UHGV virus genome: UHGV-0218015 | From: a virus | Length of the DNA stretch: 64,000 nucleotides | Strand: one strand, 5' to 3' | In this document: one piece after another, positions 19,817-28,591 of the stretch | Numbering within the stretch: the first letter of the stretch is position 1 | Layout of the letters: the number at the start of each line of letters is the position of its first letter | Made by a program: the position numbers and the translations under genes | The notes under the pieces: model-generated | What the model was told of the DNA's origin: nothing | The model's input: the letters and a program-made list of their open reading frames with translations, nothing else | The model's database searches: none

Positions 19817-21172
19817 ATGAAAATTATTGAATTCTATAAATCGTTTCTTAAATCACAAGGATTCGATTTTGAAAACGATTTACTCACTCGTGACGGTGGC
19901 GAACCGGCAGAGTTTACGTACAACAAAGTGAAGCGCCGTTTGGCGCTTCCTACCCCAGCGATGATTAAGCGCGGTATGGAAGACGATGATGGGCGTGAAT
20001 GTCAGGCATTTCATCCGCTGTGTGAATCGGTGCTGGCAGGCGAATCAGGGACAATTCGTTTTCTGAAGAAATCCATTAATGCGAACCTGTTCATTCGTTC
20101 CTTTGCATTAATCGACGCGATTCTGGAAACGGGGGCAAGTGGCAAAGCAGTACGTTCAGCTTCCTACAAGAAGTTCTTAACAGAACAGATTTGCGAAGGG
20201 ATGAAAGATCCGACGTTCGACGAACGTTTGGTGAAATCCTGGGAAGCGGTGAAAGCGTTCGTCTATGGACAATTGGAAAAAGATAAAAAGCACAAGATCA
20301 CCCAGCTTTTTATTGCATCTGATTTAGTTATTGACGGCGTGAAGTTTAACCGCGTAGCTAATTATCGAAATATGTTCGAAGAAGAATCGTTAGATGGTAC
20401 TGCAATGTACTTCTCTGCGAAGCTTCAACGTAAACAAGACAAAATCATTATCCATCGTTTACTGACCACCGTGTTCGGTTGGTATCCGAGTGTAACAGGG
20501 TCTAATGATTCGCGTCCGTATTTCGGTTGCTTAGCACGTGGCTGGGCGCAGTACGTTGTGAATTACAATAACGTCGTTAAGGGATTGCGCGACCACACAT
20601 CTTTACGTCCGTTGGAAGATGAATGGATTTCTCAGCTGGACAATATGGATATTTACGATAACGTCATTCAGACATTACCGTATAACACCGGTCCACGTTC
20701 TGACAGCCCTGAACGTGATACTACGGCGCATGATTTCCGTATCGATCGTTCGCAGGCCCCGCAGCAGATCCCACAGAAACGTGCATCGGATGCGGATAAA
20801 GCGGATAAGTCCGATCCGATGGAATTCTTCCGTGCACGTGAACGTAACATGGCCACGCAAAGTCCTTATGGGAATTTGACGCCAGCGATGCAACGTTATG
20901 CTGAGCAACACGGAACAACTAACCCTGCCAACGGTATGGTAAGTCGAATTTCTGTTGTGGATGCGTTTGGCGGTGAGCGCAAGGTGTCACCTTTCGGTGG
21001 TCAGAGTAGTTTTGGTGTAGGGAATACCGGAGGCTCTTTGGCAAGTACCTTTGGTGGAGGGAATAATTCTTTCAGCGGGGATGTCGGTGGGACTAGCGCG
21101 TTTAGCACGAGTTCAGCATTTGCAACGAACAGCAGTTTCGGTGGATTTGCAACTTCGGCATTTACGCGTTAA
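19817..21172 (+). CDS. hypothetical protein (451 aa) with FG-repeat-like C-terminal tail
   Basis: last 80 aa Gly/Ser/Phe-rich with AFGG, PFGG, SFGV, TFGG, SFGGF. Confidence 0.55.
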   Translation: MKIIEFYKSFLKSQGFDFENDLLTRDGGEPAEFTYNKVKRRLALPTPAMIKRGMEDDDGRECQAFHPLCESVLAGESGTIRFLKKSINANLFIRSFALIDAILETGASGKAVRSASYKKFLTEQICEGMKDPTFDERLVKSWEAVKAFVYGQLEKDKKHKITQLFIASDLVIDGVKFNRVANYRNMFEEESLDGTAMYFSAKLQRKQDKIIIHRLLTTVFGWYPSVTGSNDSRPYFGCLARGWAQYVVNYNNVVKGLRDHTSLRPLEDEWISQLDNMDIYDNVIQTLPYNTGPRSDSPERDTTAHDFRIDRSQAPQQIPQKRASDADKADKSDPMEFFRARERNMATQSPYGNLTPAMQRYAEQHGTTNPANGMVSRISVVDAFGGERKVSPFGGQSSFGVGNTGGSLASTFGGGNNSFSGDVGGTSAFSTSSAFATNSSFGGFATSAFTR

Positions 21173-21183
21173 GTGAAGTATAA

Positions 21184-21212
21184 AAGAAGGGACACGGTCC
21201 CTTCTTTTTTTA
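21184..21212. terminator. bidirectional hairpin terminator
   Basis: gaagggac acg gtcccttc flanked by A-run and T-run, between convergent genes. Confidence 0.6.
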
Positions 21213-21533
21213 ATCATTACCGATGGTGCTAATAATCTCACTGACCGTTCCGACGTCGGGTACGATTAGTTGCGTGATTTCAGGGGTGAAATTCATGGGG
21301 TCTTCTATCCCGTTTAATAGCATCATTGGATAGATGATGATATCGGCGTAACCTTTGAGTTTACAGTAGGCGTAGAAATTGTGGACCTCAGGCCAACTGT
21401 AGCGTGGGTCAACATTTTCTATTTTAGTTTTCGGGTGTTTACGCAGATAGTCTGTGTAATCGTGCATCACTTTCCATGTCGTGGTGTAAGGCGCAGGTAT
21501 GAATTCTTCTAGGGTAATAAAATTGTCTAACAT
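21210..21533 (-). CDS. hypothetical protein (107 aa)
   Basis: isolated minus-strand ORF. Confidence 0.45.
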   Translation of the reverse strand: MLDNFITLEEFIPAPYTTTWKVMHDYTDYLRKHPKTKIENVDPRYSWPEVHNFYAYCKLKGYADIIIYPMMLLNGIEDPMNFTPEITQLIVPDVGTVSEIISTIGND

Positions 21534-21549
21534 AATCGTTCCTAAAATA

Positions 21550-21575
21550 AGTGAGATAGATATTATCCTACTGAA
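21550..21575 (+). promoter_or_regulatory. promoter-like motif TAGATATTATC (class 1)
   Basis: gtgagatagatattatcctactg about 30 nt upstream of ATG 21597. Confidence 0.45.
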
Positions 21576-21596
21576 TCAACCTAAAGGAGCATTAAA

Positions 21597-23834
21597 ATGA
21601 AAACGCCAGTAGAGCTAATGAGCAGTGTGGCTGACCGTGAGATTAATATCACCGAAGTATCAGGTGCAAGGGCATCGATGGTAGGCAACCATATGAAGTC
21701 CGCGGTCCCTATCGATAATCCTGAACCATCGCCACATTTCACAGGTGCAGATATAAACTACCACGATTTTCTGTTCAACGACGTTGTAGAAGATCCCGGT
21801 AGCATCTGCCACTATATGACCAAAGACGGTCGTCAGCGCCGTGCGACATTTACACGTTATGGTCGTCGTGGGGATTCTAAAGCGTTGGAACATGCTATCT
21901 TCTTCCGCCGTGCAGAAATGAAGGGCGGTAAAACCATGATAGATGTGCTGGAGATTAACTTCTATACTAACCACGACAACATCTTCTCATCTGAGAAGCG
22001 TGAGTCGATGAAACTGCGTAGTATTTTACGTGGTGAAACCGATCAGTTGGAAAAGGATGAAATTCTTACAACAATGTCGTGTATGGTGGAAGGTGAGTAC
22101 GCTGATAGCGTCGTGCTACCAACTGTTACGATTTCGCATCCTGATATTATCGAGGATTCTTACACCATCTCTGAGTACGCCGCCCAGAAGCTCCACGGTT
22201 ACGGTTTGAAAATCGTTGAAAAGACGCTACGCGAAGACGAGTTTTTACTGGATACTTACGGTTATATCGATCCGAATGGTAATCGTGTCCCACGCTATTT
22301 CCCGGATGTGGGGGAAGCTATTCGTGACGATGGGCTGGTCATTGCATCACGTCGTTTCGATGAGCTTTACGGTGCAATTGATGCGTCGCTTGGGGAAACC
22401 CAACACGTCTCCCCGTTCTTTGATAGTTGCGAATATGTGGATGCCGATCCCGTCCATTATAAAGCACGCCTTGCGGGCGACAAAGAACTGATGGAGAGTA
22501 GCGGTACACGCATCGTCGATATCCAGGTGTGGCGTGATGAAACGTCTTGCGCGAATGGCACCAACAATATTTCTTGTACCGAAGAGAACAAACGAGAACT
22601 GGATAAATACGCATTAGCATTGAAAGACTATTACAATGCCATTGTACGTTTCTATTTCTCGATGTCTCGTGACAAAAATATTATTTGGTCGCCGAAGGCG
22701 TGTGTGCTGTTGGAAAAAGCCTTCGCTTCCGAAACGTACGAAGTCTATCACGAGTTTCGTGAAGAGATTCGCGTGGTGATTGATGAAGCGATTCGTCGTG
22801 GTGAATATGGTAAAGAAAATGTCAGTCAGCAAATTCTTTCTAAGTTGACCGCACCAGTACAGCGTGGACTCAGCGATCCCATCAACACGTATACCATTCG
22901 TATTGCTGTTCGTTATCCGATCCCGGTAACGGTGTCGTCTAAGATTACTGACCGTTCGGGTACGAAAGGGATTGTTGGACGCGTGTTACCCGTTGAACAG
23001 ATGCCGATTAACGAATTCGGTGAACGTGTTCACGTTTTACGTTCGATGAACGCTGTAATTCGTCGCTCGACTTATGCAGCACTATTCCACATGTATTGGT
23101 CAGCTGCGTCTGAGCAGTTGAAGATGCGTCTTAAACCAATGCTGGACGAAGGCCGTATCAGTGAATGTTGGGAAATCCTGATGGATTATCTGTCACGTTA
23201 TAATCCTGAATGGGCCAACACACTACAGGTAACACATCCTACGGAGGATTTACAACGCGAACTCTTTAAAGAGATTTACGATTTTACAATACGTATTTAC
23301 TTGCCACATGAACTTGACGACACGCCAGTCGATATCAGTGAACGGTTGGGTGAATTTAAACCACGTAAATCAAAACTTCTACTTACTAACTTCGACGGTA
23401 AGCAGGAATGGACAAAAGATGAATTTTACGTAGGTGGTGTGGAAACATTACGTCTGGATAAAACAGGTCGTGAGTTTTCCAGTATCTCGTCAATGTATCT
23501 GAATTATCTGGGTACGATAGACGCGTCTAACCAAGGTCGTGGCTCGTATCCGATAAACTATAAAACGCTAAAATGGGCTGGTCCTTCGGAAGAACGACTG
23601 TTAGCGGGTTATGGTCCAGGTAACTACGAAGAAGTTCACGATAGGGCAAATAACCCTGCGGTACATCGTGAGATTTTAGTAGGGCTTTATCGATCTCAAA
23701 CCCCATCTAATCCGGGTCCATTAGTAGACCGGAATAAATTCCCGTTAGGGGATTCGCAGATTGACAGGATGATGAAAAACATCCACAACTGTGAAGGGTT
23801 TGAATTGGTGAAAATGAAAAGGGGCGATGAATAA
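21597..23834 (+). CDS. RNA polymerase beta-like subunit, C-terminal part
   Basis: 745 aa; DRSGTKGIVGRVLPVEQMPINEFGERVHVLRSMNAV resembles bacterial beta GRHGNKGVISKI..PIEDMPY..PSRMN region; AGPSEERLLAGYG resembles GGQRFGEMEVWALEAYG (from memory). Confidence 0.7.
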   Translation: MKTPVELMSSVADREINITEVSGARASMVGNHMKSAVPIDNPEPSPHFTGADINYHDFLFNDVVEDPGSICHYMTKDGRQRRATFTRYGRRGDSKALEHAIFFRRAEMKGGKTMIDVLEINFYTNHDNIFSSEKRESMKLRSILRGETDQLEKDEILTTMSCMVEGEYADSVVLPTVTISHPDIIEDSYTISEYAAQKLHGYGLKIVEKTLREDEFLLDTYGYIDPNGNRVPRYFPDVGEAIRDDGLVIASRRFDELYGAIDASLGETQHVSPFFDSCEYVDADPVHYKARLAGDKELMESSGTRIVDIQVWRDETSCANGTNNISCTEENKRELDKYALALKDYYNAIVRFYFSMSRDKNIIWSPKACVLLEKAFASETYEVYHEFREEIRVVIDEAIRRGEYGKENVSQQILSKLTAPVQRGLSDPINTYTIRIAVRYPIPVTVSSKITDRSGTKGIVGRVLPVEQMPINEFGERVHVLRSMNAVIRRSTYAALFHMYWSAASEQLKMRLKPMLDEGRISECWEILMDYLSRYNPEWANTLQVTHPTEDLQRELFKEIYDFTIRIYLPHELDDTPVDISERLGEFKPRKSKLLLTNFDGKQEWTKDEFYVGGVETLRLDKTGREFSSISSMYLNYLGTIDASNQGRGSYPINYKTLKWAGPSEERLLAGYGPGNYEEVHDRANNPAVHREILVGLYRSQTPSNPGPLVDRNKFPLGDSQIDRMMKNIHNCEGFELVKMKRGDE

Positions 23835-25933
23835 TGAAGGGCACTCCAGTTCACGTGCGTGATCTGTGTAAGCTGAACTCGGATCAGGTGTGGCTATTGC
23901 GCGGCAGATATGAAGTGACGTTTGATGACGGGGTAACCTTAAACATGTCAGGACGTCACATTAAAATCAGTTGGCCTTATTGGGGGCTAACACGGTTTTA
24001 TCCGCAGATCCCAATCAGTTCGCAAATGGCGTATAAACATGGTGACACCGCTACAGACGACGCACATCTGAAGTTTATGTCATTGGCAGCTGTAGCGGCT
24101 CGTAAAGCGGGTGTGGATTTAGCAGACACCCGTTATTTATTACAGCAGCACGTTTATGCGGATGCGTTTAACTTATCGGTGAAAAATCTGTTATCGTATT
24201 GCGTCACGATTGACTACGATACGATGATGGAAATTTACCAACACCGAAACTTTACGCAGATTCATCAGTGGGCACAAATGTATCCTACTGGATACGACGA
24301 AGAAGGTCGGGATATGGTTGAGGAAGCGTATCTTCTTATCGAAGATATCTTCAAAGACCCACAACTTCGTTTAAACCCTGTGGTGATGTCGGTCTTGGAT
24401 AAGACCATCAAAATGAACCAGGTTCTTCAGGCGTATATACGCGGGAAAACATCAGAGATTGATTCTCGTGTTTATTCTAACCAGGTATGGGAAGGTTTCT
24501 TCACGGGCCTACATTCTGTAATTAGCCGTCTGAAAGAAGCAGGTGCAACGTCACGTTCTCACCTGTATAACACCGATAAAATCGCCGATGCGGAATATGC
24601 GTCACGTAAGCTACAGTTAGCAGCTAACGTGTTAATGTATTTCGAATACGACGATTGTGGTACGCATCATGTTCACCGTCACACGTTTACAGAAAGTAAA
24701 CTGGAGCGTAAGAAGTACGATGCGATGGTGGGAATGCGTTATCGTTTTGAAGGCGTGGGCGGTCCGTGGTTACGATTCGAGAAAGGGGAGTTTGAGAAAG
24801 TCTTAGGCAAACCTATTGAGTTTCGTAGTGCGATGTGTTGTAAGGGGATGGCACGTCAAAGTATTTGTGCTACGTGTATGGGTGATTTGATTTATAACCT
24901 TTCGCCGGGAACGTCCCCAGGTCACTTGGCCTCAACCTCGATATCTGAAAAGGGTACACAGGGGATTCTCTCAACGAAACACCTGGACTTCTTACGCTAT
25001 CTGCTGAACCTGGTGCTGACTCCAAGAATGCGGGATTATCTTGGGGAGTATAAACACAACTCCGTAAAAGGGTTGAGTTTACGAGAGAAACCGCAGTACG
25101 GTAATTGGGATGAATACCAACTCGTTATTTCTGATGAAGTCTATTCTGAAATCAGCCAAATCGCGTATCATGACGACTTGGAAGTGATCGACGAAACGGC
25201 ATTGCCGGAGATTAACGAACTGACCTTTTTGCGATTGGACGAAGCCGGGAATGTGCTGGCCGAAGATCCCATTGATGTCCGTATGGGCGTTTGTGGTAAC
25301 TTCTCGAAAGCCTTCTTGCATTTCTTCCTGAAGCAGCGTGATAACATTACGTTTCCGTCGAAGAAACTGGTACGGATTCCTCTGAAAGGTTGGAAGCCGA
25401 GTTGGCCGATACTAATTTATACGAATCGGTCTGAATCTATGGCGGAGTTTGTAGCAGGGTTAGAATTGAAACTTCGTTCGGTTGCGTCTGATAAATCGGA
25501 TACTTTCGAACAGTTCTCTGATGACTCAATGCGCTTGAGCAAGAAGTCGGGTAAGGTAAAACCAACGACACTGGTTCAGATGCGTGGTGCTACAGAAAAG
25601 CAATGTACGCACGCGTTATTTGATGTGTTTAAATATATCCAACGTAAGCTCGGTGGTATTCCGATGACACACATCGCGATTATGCTGGCGATATCACGCG
25701 TTGAATCACCGACCAATCCTTTCCCGGCGGTTGGGTTTGATAGTGAAGATGCTGATGTGATGGATGGCAAACGTTTCGAGGATCACAATACGTTGATTGC
25801 GATGCGTTCAGCTGTACCGATGTTGTTATTCGAAGGCCAACAGAAAAACCTGGACAACGTGCGTTTCTACACGTCGCGTAAACGTCCGGCGTCGTTATAC
25901 GACAATACGGTGGCCGCGACTATCATAGAGTAA
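23834..25933 (+). CDS. RNA polymerase beta-prime-like subunit, C-terminal part
   Basis: 699 aa; YDDCGTHH (cf. EDDCGTHEG), CATCMGDL (cf. CAHCYGRDL zinc site), SISEKGTQGILSTKH (cf. SIGEPGTQLTMRTFH). Confidence 0.7.
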   Translation: MKGTPVHVRDLCKLNSDQVWLLRGRYEVTFDDGVTLNMSGRHIKISWPYWGLTRFYPQIPISSQMAYKHGDTATDDAHLKFMSLAAVAARKAGVDLADTRYLLQQHVYADAFNLSVKNLLSYCVTIDYDTMMEIYQHRNFTQIHQWAQMYPTGYDEEGRDMVEEAYLLIEDIFKDPQLRLNPVVMSVLDKTIKMNQVLQAYIRGKTSEIDSRVYSNQVWEGFFTGLHSVISRLKEAGATSRSHLYNTDKIADAEYASRKLQLAANVLMYFEYDDCGTHHVHRHTFTESKLERKKYDAMVGMRYRFEGVGGPWLRFEKGEFEKVLGKPIEFRSAMCCKGMARQSICATCMGDLIYNLSPGTSPGHLASTSISEKGTQGILSTKHLDFLRYLLNLVLTPRMRDYLGEYKHNSVKGLSLREKPQYGNWDEYQLVISDEVYSEISQIAYHDDLEVIDETALPEINELTFLRLDEAGNVLAEDPIDVRMGVCGNFSKAFLHFFLKQRDNITFPSKKLVRIPLKGWKPSWPILIYTNRSESMAEFVAGLELKLRSVASDKSDTFEQFSDDSMRLSKKSGKVKPTTLVQMRGATEKQCTHALFDVFKYIQRKLGGIPMTHIAIMLAISRVESPTNPFPAVGFDSEDADVMDGKRFEDHNTLIAMRSAVPMLLFEGQQKNLDNVRFYTSRKRPASLYDNTVAATIIE

Positions 25934-25934
25934 A

Positions 25935-25962
25935 CGAGAGGGGCCTGCGCCCCTCTTTTTTT
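25935..25962 (+). terminator. intrinsic terminator
   Basis: gaggggc ctg cgcccctc followed by T-run. Confidence 0.65.
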
Positions 25963-25975
25963 GTAAGAGGGGAGC

Positions 25976-27685
25976 ATGTACGAATTCCACATGACCTTTA
26001 CGAGTATGGGCGTGAGGGTCGAAGTCCCTTGTAGACCTATAGAGTCGGCAATTTTAAAGTGGGCAGAAGAGAATATGCACGCCCCGAAGATGGGCAAACA
26101 GTACGGAAGAATCATCACTGAACGTGGCGATCCGTATTACGCGCATATACCTTCTATCCGTACCTTTATATTCCATCGGAATTTTTCCGAACGTTTACGA
26201 ATCATTATTAACCGAACGGCTGCCGAGTTTGCAATCGATTTCAAACTTTACGAGCACCACTTAACCCAGGGAACACCTTACCGCTGTACGTTTGAAAACT
26301 ACGGCTTTAAGATGATAGAAGAAGATGAGTCGTCGCGCTTCTTTTATCAGAACGGCGTTGTAGAAACGGCGTGCCAGCCGAACCGGCTGCAAACCATCTT
26401 TGAGATTGGTACAGGGATGGGTAAGTCGAAGACGAACATGAAAGTGATGGTTCGTAAAGGGGTAAGAACGTTATTGATCCATCGACCCACGTACATTTCT
26501 AAATGGTTATTCGACTTAACGGAAGATCCCACCGGACTTCGCGAATCGAAAGAAGACGTCTTGGTTATACAGGGCGTACAAGCGGTCTACGAAGCGCTAG
26601 AAATGGGTGAAAGTGGTGAGTTGGATAAACGTGGCATCAAAGTTATTATCGTCTCTACAGTGACGCTACAGCGGTTTTTGAAAGAGTATATCAATACCGC
26701 CGCGACTAATCCGGTGAATATCGATGATTTCTATAACACGTTAGGTGTTGGGTTTTTATCGATGGATGAAGTGCACGAACATTTCCACTTGGTGTACATG
26801 GCTGGAATTATGTTGAATCCGCCACCCTCTGTTGAAATGTCGGCTACACTCCAACCGGGTGAATCGAAAGCGTTCTTGGCAGAACGGTATAAAGAACGTT
26901 TCCCACAAGAGGCACGTATCACCATTCCGATTATTCCTGCGGTACACGTGAAAGCGTTGTATTACCGGATTGAGAATAAACGGTTTGCGTGGTGGGCATC
27001 GAAAATGACCCCGTACAACCACAAACTATTTGAAGGGAAGTTGATTAGCGAAAACCTTCATCAGTCGTACGCGGATATGGTCTGGGATGTAATAGAACGC
27101 ACGTATCTGGCAGGGTATCAACCTGGTCAGAAAGTGTTGGTGTTGTTTGCAACTGTCGCGATGTGCGAGTTCTTTACGGAGTATGTGCGAGAGAAGCTTG
27201 CACAATCCGATAAGTTCCACGCTTTGATGGTTGCGAAATATAACGCGGGGGATTCGTATGACGACTTCATTCAAGCGGATTTCTCTATTTCAACACCAGG
27301 GAAAGCGGGTACTGCGGTTGACAAACCGGGGTTGGTTCACATGTACATTACCACCCCTGTGGAAGACCAGCAGTTAAACCGACAGATGGCCGGACGCCCA
27401 CGTAAGATCCTCCACAACGACTGGGGTGAACTCGATCCCGTTGTGTGGTTATTCCATTCTTACTCGATACCGAAGCATTGTAATTACTTGAATGCGCGTC
27501 AAAAATCACTGAGTGATTCCGTGTTGTCGTTTAAGATAGCCACTTCACCGTATATTGTAAGGAAAGCTGATGTTACTACCGCCGCAGCCAACAGAGCCAA
27601 CCGCGCCGTATGCCGGTCTGAACTTAGCAAGTTTTCTCGAAAAAGTTTTAAAGGCGTATCCCGACGTTTTAGACGTCGTAAATAA
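25976..27685 (+). CDS. SF2 DExH-box helicase
   Basis: 569 aa; motif I EIGTGMGKSKT, motif II MDEVHE, motif III SAT, motif VI QQLNRQMAGRPRK; GAGGGGAG RBS. Confidence 0.7.
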   Translation: MYEFHMTFTSMGVRVEVPCRPIESAILKWAEENMHAPKMGKQYGRIITERGDPYYAHIPSIRTFIFHRNFSERLRIIINRTAAEFAIDFKLYEHHLTQGTPYRCTFENYGFKMIEEDESSRFFYQNGVVETACQPNRLQTIFEIGTGMGKSKTNMKVMVRKGVRTLLIHRPTYISKWLFDLTEDPTGLRESKEDVLVIQGVQAVYEALEMGESGELDKRGIKVIIVSTVTLQRFLKEYINTAATNPVNIDDFYNTLGVGFLSMDEVHEHFHLVYMAGIMLNPPPSVEMSATLQPGESKAFLAERYKERFPQEARITIPIIPAVHVKALYYRIENKRFAWWASKMTPYNHKLFEGKLISENLHQSYADMVWDVIERTYLAGYQPGQKVLVLFATVAMCEFFTEYVREKLAQSDKFHALMVAKYNAGDSYDDFIQADFSISTPGKAGTAVDKPGLVHMYITTPVEDQQLNRQMAGRPRKILHNDWGELDPVVWLFHSYSIPKHCNYLNARQKSLSDSVLSFKIATSPYIVRKADVTTAAANRANRAVCRSELSKFSRKSFKGVSRRFRRRK

Positions 27686-27953
27686 ACTCTGCACTGATCC
27701 TGTAATGGGTGGCGCATTTCACTATTACATGGTGAATGAACACTTCGCAGGAATGCAGATTTTCCAACGTGGTAAATGTTATTACATCACACGTAACTCC
27801 AGTATTCGTAATACCTCGTCTTATGAATTGTACAGCTGGGTTCTGTGGTCTGAAAACCCCGCAGGTAACGTAGACCAAAACCCGAAAGTGGCTTATCGGT
27901 TATACTCCGAGAAATGGCACAGTTGGGTAACCGTTCCTCATGATAACGGTTAA
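27570..27953 (+). CDS. hypothetical protein (127 aa)
   Basis: ATG with AAGGAAAG RBS; overlaps helicase 3' end by 116 nt in another frame. Confidence 0.4.
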   Translation: MLLPPQPTEPTAPYAGLNLASFLEKVLKAYPDVLDVVNKLCTDPVMGGAFHYYMVNEHFAGMQIFQRGKCYYITRNSSIRNTSSYELYSWVLWSENPAGNVDQNPKVAYRLYSEKWHSWVTVPHDNG

Positions 27954-27963
27954 AAAGAACAGA

Positions 27964-27998
27964 ACGGGTGTATAATGTGTACACCCTTTCTTTTTTTG
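27964..27998 (+). terminator. intrinsic terminator
   Basis: gggtgta...tgtacaccc hairpin followed by T-run. Confidence 0.6.
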
Positions 27999-28015
27999 CT
28001 AAAGGAATATAAAAA

Positions 28016-28588
28016 ATGTCACGTCGTAAAAAGAAACCCGCTTATAACCCACGTGCTCTGGCGAAGAAAACCCTTCGTGAAAGCGTGAAGAACGTGTATA
28101 AACTGGTCATTCTGTTCGAAGACCAAATGAAAATTTTGGCTGAGCGTATCGACAAAGAACGCGAAATTCTGGACGCGCTGCAAGAACCAGAATATAAAGA
28201 ATTTGCCATTAACGCGTTAGATGAAGCGAAAGCGGCTTTCGTGGGTCTGATGGCAGAGGGGAAAGAAAAGCTGGGTGCCAAATTGATTGCGATCGATGAA
28301 GTGGCAACCAAAACCAAAACGATGTTGGAAAGCACGAATTGGTCCAACGTCAAAGAGCAATATGAACTGGATACTTTGCTGGTGACTAACCTGGAAACCG
28401 ATGCGATGTTCCTGGGTAAAGATATCCAGGGTGCCGCGATTGAGATCTTGTCACTGTACAATAGTCGCGCCGATTTCGTAAAACGTGCAATGCAGCAAGG
28501 TAGCACGTTCGCTGAAGCGTACGAACTTCTACAGCAGGCCGAGCAGGCTGTAAAACAACCAGACACCGTCGTTGAAGCAGAGGGTTAA
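28016..28588 (+). CDS. hypothetical protein (190 aa), basic N-terminus, probably abundant
   Basis: strong codon bias (174-codon antisense shadow); N-terminus MSRRKKKPAYNPRALAKK. Confidence 0.5.
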   Translation: MSRRKKKPAYNPRALAKKTLRESVKNVYKLVILFEDQMKILAERIDKEREILDALQEPEYKEFAINALDEAKAAFVGLMAEGKEKLGAKLIAIDEVATKTKTMLESTNWSNVKEQYELDTLLVTNLETDAMFLGKDIQGAAIEILSLYNSRADFVKRAMQQGSTFAEAYELLQQAEQAVKQPDTVVEAEG

Positions 28589-28591
28589 TTA

